Assembly: GCA_950097015.1 (NCBI GenBank)
Contig: CATNEN010000015.1
Location: 1,860,001 to 1,924,000, forward strand
Origin: Macrostomum hystrix
Lineage: Eukaryota > Animalia > Platyhelminthes
Length of the DNA stretch: 64,000 nucleotides
Direction: 5' to 3'
In this document: in pieces, positions 23,131 to 36,997 of the stretch
How the letters are laid out: each line of letters starts with the position of its first letter
Position numbering within the stretch: the stretch's first letter is position 1
The notes under the pieces: generated by a model
What the model was told of the DNA's origin: nothing
The model's database searches: none
Seen by the model: only the letters and a program-made list of their open reading frames with translations
Made by a program: the position numbers and the translations under genes

Positions 23131-23749
23131 ATCTACTCCCTGTTTCCCTCTACTTTCCCCAACAGTCTCCGTATTTTCCCTGTAATTCTCGCCTGTCTCA
23201 AGTGAATTTTGAGTTTCGAGTCAGCATGCTTCTCTCTAATCAGTTCGCACCGCCTCCCCCGTGGTCGTGCGGGTCAGTGACACAGCTGTACACCTGAAAA
23301 ACTTTTCACTCATAAACTGCCGAGGCCACACAGGTAAAAATGCCAAATGAAGCGAAGGCCGACAAAGTGGACCTATCGCGAAGCCACATGCAACTCCCCA
23401 CCTGTAACACCCACCCCATCTCATTCGACTCTTATCTTGCTTTTTGTCGACCTTTTTGGCGAAGAGCTCTTGACGAACTCTCAGCAAAACTAGCAGTGAA
23501 GGCTGCGGTGTAAGAAATGTACCTGGACGCATAGATTTGGCTCTGCCATAAGTTAGATCAGATTCAGTTTTTATTTCTCAAGTATTTCTCACTGCTTTTG
23601 AAAAGCAAGTAAATACGACGGAAACCTGAAATGCTGAGCAGGTGAGTGCACTTTTTCAGACTTTTTCACTTTGATAGATAAATAGATAGAGAGAGTCTGA
23701 CCGAGTGAAACACTCTCAGGCAAGACTGGCTGGGATTAGGTCCGGGAGA

Positions 23750-24490
23750 GTTCGGCGGAGTCTAGTAGAGTCCAGTAGTGTCTGGTAGTGTCTGGTAGTG
23801 TCTGGTAGTGTCTGGTAGTGCCTGGGAGGGTCTGGGAGGGTCTGGGAGAGTCTGTGAGAGTCTGGGAGAGTCTGGGAGAGACTGGGAGAGACTGGGAAAG
23901 TCTAAGAGGGTCTAGGAGAGACTGGAAGAGACTTTGAGAGTCTGGGAGAGTCTGGGAGAGTCTGGGAGAGTCTGGGAGAGACTGGGAAAGACTGGGAAAG
24001 TCTAAGAGGGACAAGAAGAGACTGGGAGAGACTTTAAGAGTCTGGGAGAGTCTAAGAGGGTCTGGGAGAGTCTGGTAGAGTCTAAGAGGGTCTGGGAGAG
24101 TCTAGGAGAGACTGGGAGAGTCTGGGAAAGTCTAAGTGGGTCTAGGAGAGTCTGGTAGAGACTGGGAAAGTCTAAGTGGGTCTGGGAGAGTCTGGGAGAG
24201 TCTGGGAGAGTCTGGGAGAGTCTGGGAGAGTCTGGGAGAGAGTCTGGGAGAGACTGGGAGAGACTGGGAGAGTCTGGGAGAGACTGGGAGAGACTGGGAG
24301 AGACTGGGAGAGACTGGGAGAGTCTGGGAGAGTCTGGGAGAGTCTAAGAGGGTCTAGGAGAGTCTGGTAGAGACTGGGAAAGTCTAAGTGGGTCTGGGAG
24401 AGTCTGGGAGAGTCTAAGAGGGTCTGGGAGAGTCTAGTAGAGTCTGGGAGAGTCTGGGAGAGTCGGGGAGAGTCTGGTAGAGTCCCGGAG
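23750..24490. repeat. 10-bp minisatellite (GTCTGGGAGA / GTCTGGTAGT variants)
   Basis: Read directly. Confidence 0.95.
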
Positions 24491-24882
24491 GTTCTGAGAA
24501 GGGACTAGAATAATAACACAGGGCTCAAAGCAGGTCAAAAAAGCAAGAAGGCAATTATAATATAGTCAGAAAATTGTATCGCTGCTAACAATTTTAGTGC
24601 GATATAAATCCCCGAAGCAATTAAATTCCAGATTGACATGATTGAGTCGATAGCCAGGACTACAAATTCTGTTCGCTGGTGAAATTCATCTGCTCTGTCC
24701 TAAATTTAGGACCAAAAATATTTTCATTATTAGATTCCGTGTTGACATGCGCGCCTAGTTTTCTGACACCACAGATGCTGTCAAATGCCTGTATTTTTCT
24801 ACTAGTAGTAATAGTTAACGGGTTTCACAATAAAACTTAGCTTTTCGCTTGAAGACAAATAGCTAAAGATAATGATAATGAT

Positions 24883-27025
24883 AGAGACACCCCGTCTAAC
24901 ATGAGACACCCCGTCTAACATGAGACACCCTGTCTAACATGAGACACCCTGTCTAACATGAGACACCCCGTCTAACATGAGACACCCTGTCTAACAAGAG
25001 ACACTGCCTAGCATGAAACACCCCGTCTAACATGAGACACCCTGTCTAACATGAGACACCCTGTCTAACATGAGACACCCTGTCTAACATGAGACACCCC
25101 GTCTAACATGAGACACCCCGTCTAACATGAGACACCCTGTCTAACATGAGACACCCTGTCTAACATGAGACACCCTGTCTAACATGAGACACCCTGTCTA
25201 ACATGATACACCCTGTCGAACATGAGACACCCTGTCTAACATGAGACACCCTGTCTAACATGAGACACCCTGTCTAACAAGAGACACTGCCTAGCATGAA
25301 ACACCCTGTCTAACATGAGACGCCTTGTCTAACATGAGACACCTTGTCTAACATGAGACACCCTGTCTAACATGAGACACCTTGTCTAACATGAGACACT
25401 GCCTATCATGAAACACCCTGTCTAACAAGAGACACCCTGTCTAACATGAGACACTGCCTATCATGAAACACCCTGTCTAACAAGAGACACCCTGTCTAAC
25501 AAGAGACACTGCCTAGCATGAAACACCCCGTCTAACATGAGACACCCCGTCTAACATGAGACACCCTGTCTAACAAGAGACACTGCCTAGCATGAAACAC
25601 CCCGTCTAACATGAGACACCCTGTCTAACATAAGACACCCCGTCTAACATGAGACACCCTGTCTAACATGAGACACCCTGTCTAACAAGAGACACTGCCT
25701 AGCATGAAACACCCTGTCTAACATGAGACGCCTTGTCTAACATGAAACACCCCGTCTAACATGAGACACCCTGTCTAACATGAGACACTGCCTAGCATGA
25801 AACACCCCGTCTAACATGAGACACCCTGTCTAACATGAGACGCCTTGTCTAACATGAGACACCCCGTCTAACATGATACACCCTGTCTAACAAGAGACAC
25901 CCTGTCTAACAAGAGACACTGCCTAGCATGAAACACCCCGTCTAACATGAGACACCCTGTCTAACATGAGACACCCCGTCTAACATGAGACACCCCGTCT
26001 AACATGAGACACCCTGTCTAACATGAGACACCCCGTCTAACATGAGACACCCCGTCTAACATGAGACACCCCGTCTAACATGAGACACCCTGTCTAACAT
26101 GAGACACCCTGTCTAACAAGAGACACTGCCTAGCATGAAACACCCTGTCTAACATGAGACGCCTTGTCTAACATGAGACACCCTGTCTAACATGATACAC
26201 CCTGTCTAACATGAGACACCCCGTCTAACATGATACACCCTGTCTAACAAGAGACACCCTGTCTAACAAGAGACACTGCCTAGCATGAAACACCCCGTCT
26301 AACATGAGACACCCTGTCTAACATGAGACACCCCGTCTAACATGAGACACCCTGTCTAACATGAGACACCCTGTCTAACAAGAGACACTGCCTAGCATGA
26401 AACACCCCGTCTAACATGAGACACACTGTCTAACAGGAGACACCCCGTCTAACAGGAGACACCCTGTCTAACAGAAGACACCCTGTCTAACAGGAGACAC
26501 ACTGTCTAACAGGAGACACCCTGTCTAACAGAAGACACCCTGTCGAACAGGAGACACCCTGTCTAACATGAGACACCCTGTCTAACATGAGACACCCTGT
26601 CTAACAAGAGACACTGCCTAGCATGAAACACCCCGTCTAACATGAGACACCCTGTCTAACAGGAGACACACTGTCTAGCAGGAGACACCCTGTCTAACAG
26701 GAGACACCCTGTCTAACAGAAGACACCCTGTCTAACAGGAGACACACTGTCTAACAGGAGACACCCTGTCGAACAGGAGACACCCTGTCTAACAGGAGAC
26801 ACACTGTCTAGCAGGAGACACCCTGTCTAACAGGAGACACCCTGTCTAACAGAAGACACCCTGTCTAGCAGGAGACACCCTGTCTAACAGGAGACACCCT
26901 GTCTAACAGAAGACACCCTGTCTAACAGGAGACACCCTGTCTAACAGGAGACACCCTGTCTAACAGAAGACACCCTGTCTAACAGGAGACACACTGTCTA
27001 ACGCTAGACACCCTGTCTGTTGAGA
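24883..27025. repeat. 19-bp minisatellite (GAGACACCC[C/T]GTCTAACAT), >100 copies
   Basis: Period 19; variant drift from ACATGAG to ACAGGAG after ~26430. Confidence 0.98.
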
Positions 27026-27939
27026 CACCGCACTTTGGACAATAATTGTCTCAGCTTTAGCAGCCGAATTATTCAGAATGCTTTAAGCAGCAGCAGCTGC
27101 AGCAGGTGTTTCTGTTCTCAAGCGTGTTAAATCGGTGCTCTAATGGTGCTTCTGTCTTCCATCAATGTGCTGTAATTTCGCACGAGTTTTTGAGTACCTG
27201 TGAGTGTACTAGAAAATCAGCCCATGAGTACAATCTTCAAGCTTCAGTTTAATGGCATCTTTAAAAATCTTTAACAAAGGATTTTGTACGCTTTTTTATA
27301 TTACAGGGGATAAATATTTTTCGGTCTCCGAAGGCCGCTAGTTGCAAGAGAAATTTCACCTTAAGATTTCGTCCGCAGGTGCTTCCGTACCTGGGGTGTC
27401 AGGTTAAATCTCATTCTTCAAGTACCTGTCTATCTAGTGCCCCCTTTTTAGCCAAGCCAGCCTGACATTGTCCCAAAGCTTTTTCCGTGCCGTTTTGTAA
27501 ACGGACGAATATTAAGACTGAGGACTGGGACCAAAGAGCCCAGACCAGAGAAGTCTTAGTGGCTAATCCCTAGATCCCCACTGGCGCTATCTTGGAATGC
27601 CTTTTCCCACAAAATGGGCTGGGATAAAAGGCTGGCGTGTTAGTAGATTCCCCTGGTGGAGTTCTCTCCTCCATTTCCCGGCCCCAGTCCCCGAGTCCCG
27701 CACGTCCCGACTCTTCCCTTTGGGGAAAAAAGTACTGCTCAAAACTCACTTCAAAAATTCGAATGTGATGTGAAAGTGGCCTCGATTGGAACATGAGCTA
27801 CTGGACTGAGGACTGACCTGCCTGCTTTTGGCGAGACTGTGAGGGAAAATAGAGTGAAGTATTGTTGGGAAGAGTTCGGAGGACTAATGAGAATAGGGTA
27901 AATGCTTATTGGGAAGAGTGAACGATCATTGAAAATAGT

Positions 27940-30112
27940 GGGAAGGATTATTGGAAAGAGAGGGAAGGATTATTGGGAAGAGAGGGAAGGATTATTGGGA
28001 AGAGAGGGAAGGATTATTGGGAAGAGAGGGAAGGATTATAGAGAAGAGTGGGAAGGATTATTGGGAAGAGGGGGGAGGATTATTGGGAAGAGGGGAAGGA
28101 TTATTGGGAAGAGGGGGAAGGATTATTGGGAAGAGGGGGGAGGATTATTGGGAAGAGAGGGAAGGATTATAGGGAAGAGTGGGAAGGATTATTGGGAAGA
28201 GGGGAAGGATTATTGGGAAGAGGGGGAAGGATTATTGGGAAGAGAGGGAAGGATTATTGGGAAGAGAGGGAAGGATTATTGGGAAGAGAGGGAAGGATTA
28301 TTGGGAAGAGAGGGAAGGATTATTGGGAAGAGAGGGAAGGATTATTGGGAAGAGGGGAAGGATTATTGGGAAGAGGGGAAGGATTATTGGGAAGAGGGGG
28401 AAGGATTATTGGGAAGAGGGGGGAGGATTATTGGGAAGAGGGGAAGGATTATTGGGAAGAGAGGGAAGGATTATTGGGAAGAGAGGGAAAGATTATTGGG
28501 AAGGAAGAGGGGGAAGGATTATTGGGAAGAGAGGGAAGGATTATTGGGAAGAGGGGAAGGATTATTGGGAAGAGGGGGAAGGATTATTGGGAAGAGAGGG
28601 AAAGATTATTGGGAAGAGGGGGAAAGATTATTGGGAAGAGGGGGAAGGATTATTGGGAAGAGAGGGAAAGATTATTGGGAAGAGAGGGAAGGATTATTGG
28701 GAAGAGGGGAAGGATTATTGGGAAGAGGGGGAAGGATTATTGGGAAGAGGGGAAGGATTATTGGAAAGGAAGAGGGGGAAGGATTATTGGGAAGAGGGGG
28801 AAGGATTATTGGGAAGAGGGGGAAGGATTATTGGGAAGAGAGGGAAGGATTATTGGGAAGAGGGGAAGGATTATTGGGAAGAGGGGGAAGGATTATTGGG
28901 AAGAGAGGGAAAGATTATTGGGAAGGAAGAGGGGGAAGGATTATTGGGAAGAGAGGGAAAGATTATTGGGAAGAGAGGGAAGGATTATTGGAAAGGAAGA
29001 GGGGGAAGGATTATTGGGAAGAGGGGAAAGATTATTGGGAAGAGGGGAAGGATTATTGGAAAGGAAGAGGGGGAAGGATTATTGGGAAGAGAGGGAAAGA
29101 TTATTGGGAAGAGAGGGAAAGATTATTGGGAAGAGAGGGAAGGATTATTGGGAAGAGAGGGAAAGATTATTGGGAAGAGGGGAAGGATTATTGGAAAGGA
29201 AGAGGGGGAAGGATTATTGGGAAGAGAGGGAAAGATTATTGGGAAGAGAGGGAAGGATTATTGGGAAGAGGGGAAGGATTATTGGGAAGAGGGGGAAGGA
29301 TTATTGCGAAGAAGGGAAGGATTATTGCGAAGAGGGGGAAGGATTATTGGGAAGAGAGGGAAATATTATTGGGAAGAGAGGGAAAGATTATTGGGAAGAG
29401 AGGGAAGGATTATTGGGAAGAGAGGGAAAGATTATTGGGAAGAGGGGAAGGATTATTGGAAAGGAAGAGGGGGAAGGATTATTGGGAAGAGAGGGAAAGA
29501 TTATTGGGAAGAGAGGGAAGGATTATTGGGAAGAGGGGGAAGGATTATTGGGAAGAGGGGGAAGGATTATTGGGAAGAGGGGAAGGATTATTGGGAAGAG
29601 GGGAAGGATTATTGGGAAGAGGGGGAAGGATTATTGGGAAGAGGGGAAGGATTATTGGGAAGAGGGGGAAGGATTATTGGGAAGAGGGGGAAGGATTATT
29701 GGGAAGAGGGGAAGGATTATTGGGAAGAGGGGAAGGATTATTGGGAAGAGGGGAAGGATTATTGGGAAGAGAGGGAAAGATTATTGGGAAGAGAGGGAAG
29801 GATTATTGGGAAGAGGGGAAGGATTATTGGGAAGAGGGGAAGGATTATTGGGAAGAGGGGGAAGGATTATTGGGAAGAGTGGGAAAGATTATTGGGAAGA
29901 GGGAAAGGATTATTGGGAAGAGGGGAAGGATTATTGGGAAGAGGGGGAAGGATTATTGGGAAGAGAGGGAAAGATTATTGGGAAGAGAGGGAAGGATTAT
30001 TGGGAAGAGGGGGAAGGATTATTGGGAAGAGGGGGAAGGGTTATTGGGAAGAGGGGGAAGGATTATTGGGAAGAGGGGAAGGATTATTGGGAAGAGGGGG
30101 AAGGATTATTGG
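27940..30112. repeat. ~20-23-bp purine-rich minisatellite (GGAAGGATTATTGGGAAGAG[A/G]G)
   Basis: Unit-length polymorphism in the G/A run; stop-free in all plus frames, giving 650-740-aa pseudo-ORFs. Confidence 0.98.
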
Positions 30113-30796
30113 GAGTCGTTCTAAACAATGAATTTAAAATATTGTTTTGAACAATTTGACCTGACCTAACTAGAGCACACAGAGAAAGCGATTCGCCTCT
30201 CGAAGCTGCAGATCCACCTTCAATTCTTTTCTTTCTCTACATTTTGCCAAGCCAAATTACAATAAAAACAATAAGATCGCTAACTAGGGTGATGAGGTGT
30301 GCGACTGTGAGTCAAGCGGGGGCATGTGTATCACACAGAGGGAGAGGGGAATTGTGGGTGGGATTCAAGCCAGTCATGTCGCCTACTGACAGAAACTGTG
30401 GGGTAAGCAGCTCTGAGACACAGGAACACGCGAGGACAAACGCCGAATGAAGAGGAGAGACTGGGACGGGTGGCAAAGTTGGGCCAAAGCGAGGATTGGA
30501 GCCGAGCAGCCAATCAGCTTAGACGATGGAGGACTCGCAGAATCCCCTGGCCTCCTCATCCCTGCTCCCAGATGCTGAAAAAGCGCGGGTCGCAGCAGTT
30601 GTCGATAGGCCACTCGCTTGCAATGCCCTCCCTCACCTCTCACTAGAAGTGTTCCTTCCTTCCCCCTTTGACTTCCCATCAGCTAAAACCTCAGTTCCGC
30701 CCCGACCCGTCATTCTCTTAAAGGTTTCTCAGGTCGAAGTCCTCTGGAGACAAGGACAAGGGCGGCAAGAGAGGCAGCAGCGGCGATCCTGGAGCC

Positions 30797-30840
30797 ATGG
30801 GGTGCGGACCCAGCTCGAGCGGTGCTTCTGAGGACTCCCA

Positions 30841-30873
<33 letters not shown>

Positions 30874-32911
30874 GAAGCAGAAGGATGCCGGCAAGAAGTC
30901 TGGCAAGCAGAAGCAGCAGCAGTCGCTTCTGACCCAGTCGAGCCAGCAGGGTCAGCGCCCCAAGTCACCCACCAGCGGCGGCAAAGACTCCGCGCCAGTT
31001 GACACCTCAGTCGAGGCGCTGAGCATCAAGTCGGCGCTGCTCATCCAGAAGTGGTACCGCCGCTACAAGGCCCGCCTGGAGGCCCGCAGGCGCACAACTT
31101 GGATGATCTACCAGAGCATCGAGTACTCTAGCGAGGCCAGCCAGCTGCACCTGTACAACTTCTTCAGCGACATGATCCAACTGACTGACAACAAGCCGGC
31201 ACAGCAGCAGCTGAGCCCAGCGGAGCCCGCCGGGCCAGTCAACAGCCGCTTCGCTGAGCGGCTTCGCCAAAAGAGTCTCGAAGAGGAGGACCAGGAGCTG
31301 CTGGAGCTGACAAGCTACGAGGGCATGCAAATCGAGAAGAGCTACCGCGGGCCGCACCTGAGCTTCCCGCTGAGTGTCACCCATGTCCAGGTGCTGATTG
31401 ACAGCTTCCGTCAGGGCGGTCAATTGCACGCCCGCTACCTGCTGCAGCTGCTGCACGAGGCGCGCCTCCTCCTGAAGACCAAGCCGAACGTCTACCAGGC
31501 CAGCACCAGCATTTCGCGCCAGATCACTGTGGTCGGCGATCTCCACGGTAAGCTGGACGACCTGCTGGTAATCTTCTACAAGAACGGCCTGCCAGACGTC
31601 ACCAACCCGTACGTGTTCAATGGCGACTTTGTGGACCGTGGCGCAAACTCTGTGGAGACGGCGGCGCTGCTGTTCGCCTGCCAGTTGGTCTGGCCGAACG
31701 CCGTCTGCATCAACCGCGGCAACCACGAGGACCACCTCATGAACTGTCGCTACGGCTTCATCAAGGAGGTCCAGGCGAAGTATAAAACTGCGGCTAACAA
31801 GATCGTCCGCCTTTTCGGCGACATTTTCTCCTGGCTGCCGCTGGCCACCAACATCGATGACAAGATCCTGGTGACGCACGGTGGCATCTCTGACAAGGTG
31901 GACCTTGAGCGCGTGCAGAAGCTCGACCGGCACCAGTACCTGTCAGCCCTGAAGCCGCCAGTCAGTGACAACGAGAATGTCAAAGTGGACTACAAGGAGT
32001 GGCGCCAGGTCCTCGACCTGCTCTGGAGCGACCCCAAGCCGCAGGCCGGCTGCGCGCCGAATACGTTCCGCGGCGGCGGCTGCTACTTCGGCCCAAACGT
32101 CACCGAGGCGTTCCTGCGCCGGTATCGGCTCTCGCTACTCGTCCGCTCGCACGAGTGCAAGCCGGACGGCTGGGAGTTCTGCCACGGCGGCACCGTGCTT
32201 ACACTGTTCTCAGCCTCCAACTATTACGAGGACGGCAGCAACAAGGGCGCCTACGCCAAGTTCGACTCGCAGGGCAAGCCGCACATTGTGCAGTACATGG
32301 CCAGCAAGGCGCGGAAGCTGCCGGTGGGCAGGCGGCTGTCAACAGTGGAGGAGGGCGCGCTCAAGGACCTGAGGGCGAAGGTGATCGCCAGCCGGACGGA
32401 GCTGACGGCTGCCTTCCAGCGCTTTGATCCCGACAGAACCGGCTCGATCCGGTTGGCGGACTGGTGTGAGGCCATGGAGCAGACGCTGAAACTCGGCCTG
32501 CCATGGCGCACGCTGCGGCCTCACCTCGCCGAGCTGGCCAAGGACGGCCGGCTGCTGTACATGACCAGCTTCGACTGCGGCAGCATCGAGACCAAGCTGG
32601 GCGCCGGCGCCGGCAAGGAGGTCGCTGGTTCGCTCACCGAAGCGGTCTACAAGAACAAGGAGGAGCTTGAGACCATCTTCCGCATCATGGACAAGGACAA
32701 CAGCGGCCACATCAGCTTGGACGAGTTCCAGGAGTCCTGCCGGGTGCTGGCGCAGGCCACGGGCCGCCAGATGACGGAGGCGGAGGTTGGCGACATGGCG
32801 CGCTCGATGGACCTCAACAGCGACGGCTACATTGACTTCAACGAGTTCCTGGAGGCCTTCCGCATTGTTGACACGAGCAAGCGGCAGGCGTCGGTGGCAA
32901 AGGCCCAATGA
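30797..32911 (+). CDS. PPEF: Serine/threonine protein phosphatase with EF-hands (PPEF/rdgC family), 704 aa, intronless
   Basis: N-terminal MGC acylation motif, polyQ, IQ motif (ALLIQKWYRRYKAR), PPP motifs GDLHG, GDFVDRG, RGNHE, SASNY, EF-hands DKDNSGHISLDE and DLNSDGYIDFNE. Confidence 0.95.
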
Positions 32912-34799
32912 GGAGGCGGATTCGAGATTGCAGAACCGAAAATGTACTTTTAGAACCTCGAAGCAGAACAAATTCCGTAAATTATTGACTCATTTGATCA
33001 CGTGACTTGGCCGATAAAAGCGATTTCCATCGCTAGCCAATCAGTAAGCGGCTAGTAGAAAGTGGATGCACTTTTAAATGATTCTAACCTATTTTTCTTA
33101 GAGAAAGTCGCAGTAAACACTGGTACTCAATCATTAATACCAACAAATTCTATGTGTTCAACTTTAGTAAAGACGATTGCATCACATTCTAAATAAAGTT
33201 TAGAATACTATTTGCAAATACTATTGCATGAGGTCGTTTCGTTTTCCGTCAGTTTCTGTATTCGCCAGAGATCGCCACTGTCTGCTGTGAAAGGGTAACA
33301 TTTCAAAGGCGTTGAAAATGCGTTTGCGTGCTATCAATGGCTGCAATTCCTATTGCTGCCTCCACTGAGCAGATGACGAGGCATCGATGTTTTAAAACTA
33401 AGTAATAGTTGCTCCCACTGTTTACTGCTTACAATACAAAATCAATTTTATTCCAAACAATGTCCCGGACATCAAGGAGAACATTGGATAAAGTCACTGG
33501 AGTCAATAAGGGAGAGGATTTGTAATCCTAGCATTTCAGGGTCACTAAATCAATATTCAGCACGGGTTACATCCTAACGAAATCATTGGCACTGGCTTGT
33601 CAGGCAATATCTCCTGACATTGTCATTTTTTAATCTAATTTACGACCGTAAAAGTGCAAATCTAAAACTCTAAAACAATTTTCCGAACCAGTTAACCCGA
33701 TTTTAGAAGCCAATCTCAAATCAATCAATTCTCGAGGAAGATTTCACGGGATTGCGCTGAATTTTTGTGTGTAATTTAAAGAGTCCTTAAAATAATATTT
33801 CTAAAAAAAAATTCAAAAAATCCAGACCTTATTGTCCGTCTCCATGGTAACAGAGCGTCGAAATTGCAGTGTCGCGCGATTGAAATGTTTGAACAGCTAA
33901 ATTGTTACATTGTATCCGTATTGACACACTGATCTTTTGCAGTTGTAGTAATTAAATTTCACGATTGTCATGTCACTTATTGCTGTTTCTGAAGTTTACT
34001 CAGAGGGTCATGAGTTCGAATCGAATTAGCGAGGCACATTAGCGAATTGTGTGCACGTGTCTGTGTGTGCTCAGTAGTGATTGGAATGGGCAGAACCGTT
34101 TGTGTGATTGCGTGATTCCTAGCATATGCCTATACAAGCTTGATTAGGTTCTGCTTTGGCGGGAAAAATATAAATATGATTTTTTAGCCGCAAATAAACT
34201 GTTCGAAACCTTAGGAATCGATCGCAATGGGAGGGACAACCCGAGGGGGAATGAATAAGCATGGGAGAAATACTGCGGAAACACTGGGAGAGGAAGGGAT
34301 CGACTGGGAGTCACCAACCTCATCCGCTTTGCTTGCTGCCAAGGTGCAAAAACCGCTATCTAGCGCTAGTTGCTGGGGCGATGCTAGCCAGGTAAACACA
34401 GACTATGGGAATGCGATATTAACTCAGTCCAATCTAACAAAAACTCATGAAAATCTCTACCAATCGCGCTGAAGCTTATTTTCATTTAGACTTCAATCGG
34501 TTATCCCTATGCATTATTTTATCTGTAGAGTACATCCTCTTATATCCCTGCTTCTGACTAGAAAGTAGGATTATTAAAAATAACTCAATCTTTCACCGAA
34601 TGCAGCAAAAATGTGGCTTCCAGAAGACCCGGGCAACAGAAAAAATACAACGGAAAACAATTTTTTCTCCTGTTTACCATTTTGAAATGAATTTTGCAAG
34701 AAGCCACATCAATTCAGACAATTTGTGGGTGATCAATGGGCGACTCACGACTTATGTCACGATGCCAAATCTACTCACCATATCACTTACTTGCCTGCC

Positions 34800-35352
34800 C
34801 TCACCCCATCACCCCACTCACCCCATCGCCTCACTCACCCCATCACCTCACTCACCCCATCACCCCATCACCTCACTCACCCCATCACCTCACTCACCCC
34901 ATCACCTCACTCACCCCATCACCTCACTCACCCCATCACCTCACTCACCCCATCACCCCACTCACCCCATCGCCTCACTCACCCCATCACCTCACTCACC
35001 CCATCGCCTCAATCACCCCATCACCTCACTCACCCCATCACCTCACTCACCCCATCACCTCACTCACCCCATCACCTCACTCACCCCATCACCTCACTCA
35101 CCCCATCACCTCACTCACCCCATCACCTCAATCACCCCATCACCTCACTCACCCCATCACCTCACTCACCCCATCACCTCACTCACCCCATCACCTCACT
35201 CACCCCATCAAATCACTCACCCCATCACCTCACTCACCCCATCACCTCACTCACCCCATCGCCTCACTCACCCCATCACCTCACTCACCCCATCACCTCA
35301 CTCACCCCATCACCTCACTCACCCCATCACCTCACTCACCCCATCACCTCAC
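34800..35352. repeat. 17-bp C-rich minisatellite (CCTCACTCACCCCATCA)
   Basis: Read directly. Confidence 0.96.
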
Positions 35353-35664
35353 TTAACCTCTCAAGAACTCTCAAACTCTTCTGGCGCTAATCAGCCAGAT
35401 TAATGCCATCTCGCAGTGTCGCAAATCTCCATATAATCCCTGTTCCTTGCGAATACCTTGATCCGAAAAAAATTGCACGAAACTGATAAGATTATAATGG
35501 CAAAGGGATTTGCACTTTTTCAATTATCCTAGTGATGGCAATCCGCAGGTGAGCAGCTACATGTATGTAGCTCAGTAACACTTCAAACACTTCTTAACGC
35601 TACAGCCGCTTTTGTGCCAAAAGTGCTTTACTTTTGCTTGTCCTACTCAACCTCATACAACTAC

Positions 35665-36990
35665 TCTATCCTGTACTGACTGACAGTCTATCCTGTACTG
35701 ACTGACAGTCTATCCTGTACTGACTGACAGTCTTTCCTGTACTGACTGACAGTCTTTCCTGTACTGACTGACAGTCTATCCTGTACTGACTGACAGTCTT
35801 TCCTGTACTGACTGACAGTCTTTCCTGTACTGACTGACAGTCTATCCTGTACTGACTGACAGTCTATCCTGTACTGACTGACAGACTATCCTGTACTGAC
35901 TGACAGTCTTTCCTGTACTGACTGACAGTCTATCCTGTACTGACTGACAGTCTATCCTGTACTGACTGACAGTCTTTCCTGTACTGACTGACAGTCTTTC
36001 CTGTACTGACTGACAGTCTATCCTGTACTGACTGACAGTCTTTCCTGTACTGACTGACAGTCTATCCTGTACCGACTGACAGTCTATCCTGTACTGACTG
36101 ACAGTCTATCCTGTACTGACTGACAGTCTATCCTGTACTGACTGACAGCCTTTCCTGTACTGACTGACAGCCTATCCTGTACTGACGGGTTGGCGCAGTC
36201 TAACAAGGTGGAGCTGCTGTGGATCCCTGGGCATGCCGGGTTCACAGGGAATGAGATGGCGGACCAGCTTGCTAAGGCTGGAGCAGCCAGCTCCCTGTTG
36301 GGCCCGGGCCCGGAGTCCCCGATCCCCATCTCAGTTGTCAACTCCAGCATCAACTGCTGGATGGAGACCCAGCACCGGAGGAGGTGGTCCAGCACCCTGA
36401 ACTGTCGCCAGTCCAGGGCTGCGGTGCCAACCCCTTCTAGTAATCTGCGTAAGGCCTTACTCAGGCTTAACCGCAGAGACCTAAGAGCAGTCACTATGGC
36501 TCTTTCGGGACATGGCTGCTTTACCAGACACCGCTACCTTCAAGGCCACGTGCCTGAGGAAACGTGTCCCTTCTGCTGCTCCGGACGCGAAAATGCAGAG
36601 CATTTCATCTGCCACTGCCCGGCCTTCACCCGGGCCAGGCTAAAACATCTCGGGCCGGCACCGACTCTCGCCGAAGCCTGCTCGCCCGAGAACATCCCAC
36701 AGCTCGCCCACTTCCTCCGGGATACCGGCCGAGCTGATTTCTTCCCAGCCTATAGCGAGGAAGATCGCGCGGCGGAATCGACCGACGGACCACCCTGAGC
36801 GGCACCGCCTCGCTGGAGGCTGTCTGGCTGCCAGGGGTTAGCGATATGGGCGGCATCAGCCGCCTCCTCGCTGCGTCCGTCATGGAGGCTCCCTGCCGCT
36901 AAGTCAAGTAAGTAAGTAAGTCATCCTGTACTGACTGACAGTTTTTGCTGTACTGACTGACAGTCTTTCCTGTACTGACTGACAGTCTTT
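35665..36990. repeat. 22-bp minisatellite (CT[A/T]TCCTGTACTGACTGACAGT), interrupted by a LINE at 36185-36921
   Basis: Units at 35665-36184 resume at 36922-36990. Confidence 0.95.
36185..36921 (+). mobile_element. 5'-truncated non-LTR retrotransposon (RNase H-bearing, R1/LOA-like) with (TAAG)n tail
   Basis: [23 protein letters not shown] (RNase H C-end), [21 protein letters not shown] knuckle, 3' UTR, tail TAAGTCAAGTAAGTAAGTAAGT. 36185-36749 is a close paralog of 43309-43873. Confidence 0.9.
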
Positions 36991-36997
36991 TCAATAC

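Noticed and set aside
22120-24370. ORFs over the 14-bp and 10-bp arrays (also 5968-6375, 14226-14707, 34600-35403, 36899-37851)
   Set aside because: All are repeat translations open in multiple frames.
27902-30150. 650-740-aa ORFs in three plus frames
   Set aside because: The purine-rich repeat lacks stop codons; unit-length changes shuffle frames, so no coding constraint is visible.
31007-32971. Long antisense and alternate-frame ORFs over PPEF (likewise over the phosphatase, WSC genes and pol)
   Set aside because: Shadow ORFs expected from GC-rich codon usage; no independent motifs.
34211-34472. Short ORFs with faint resemblance to a LINE C-terminus (GIDWES)
   Set aside because: Too short and motif-poor to support a call.
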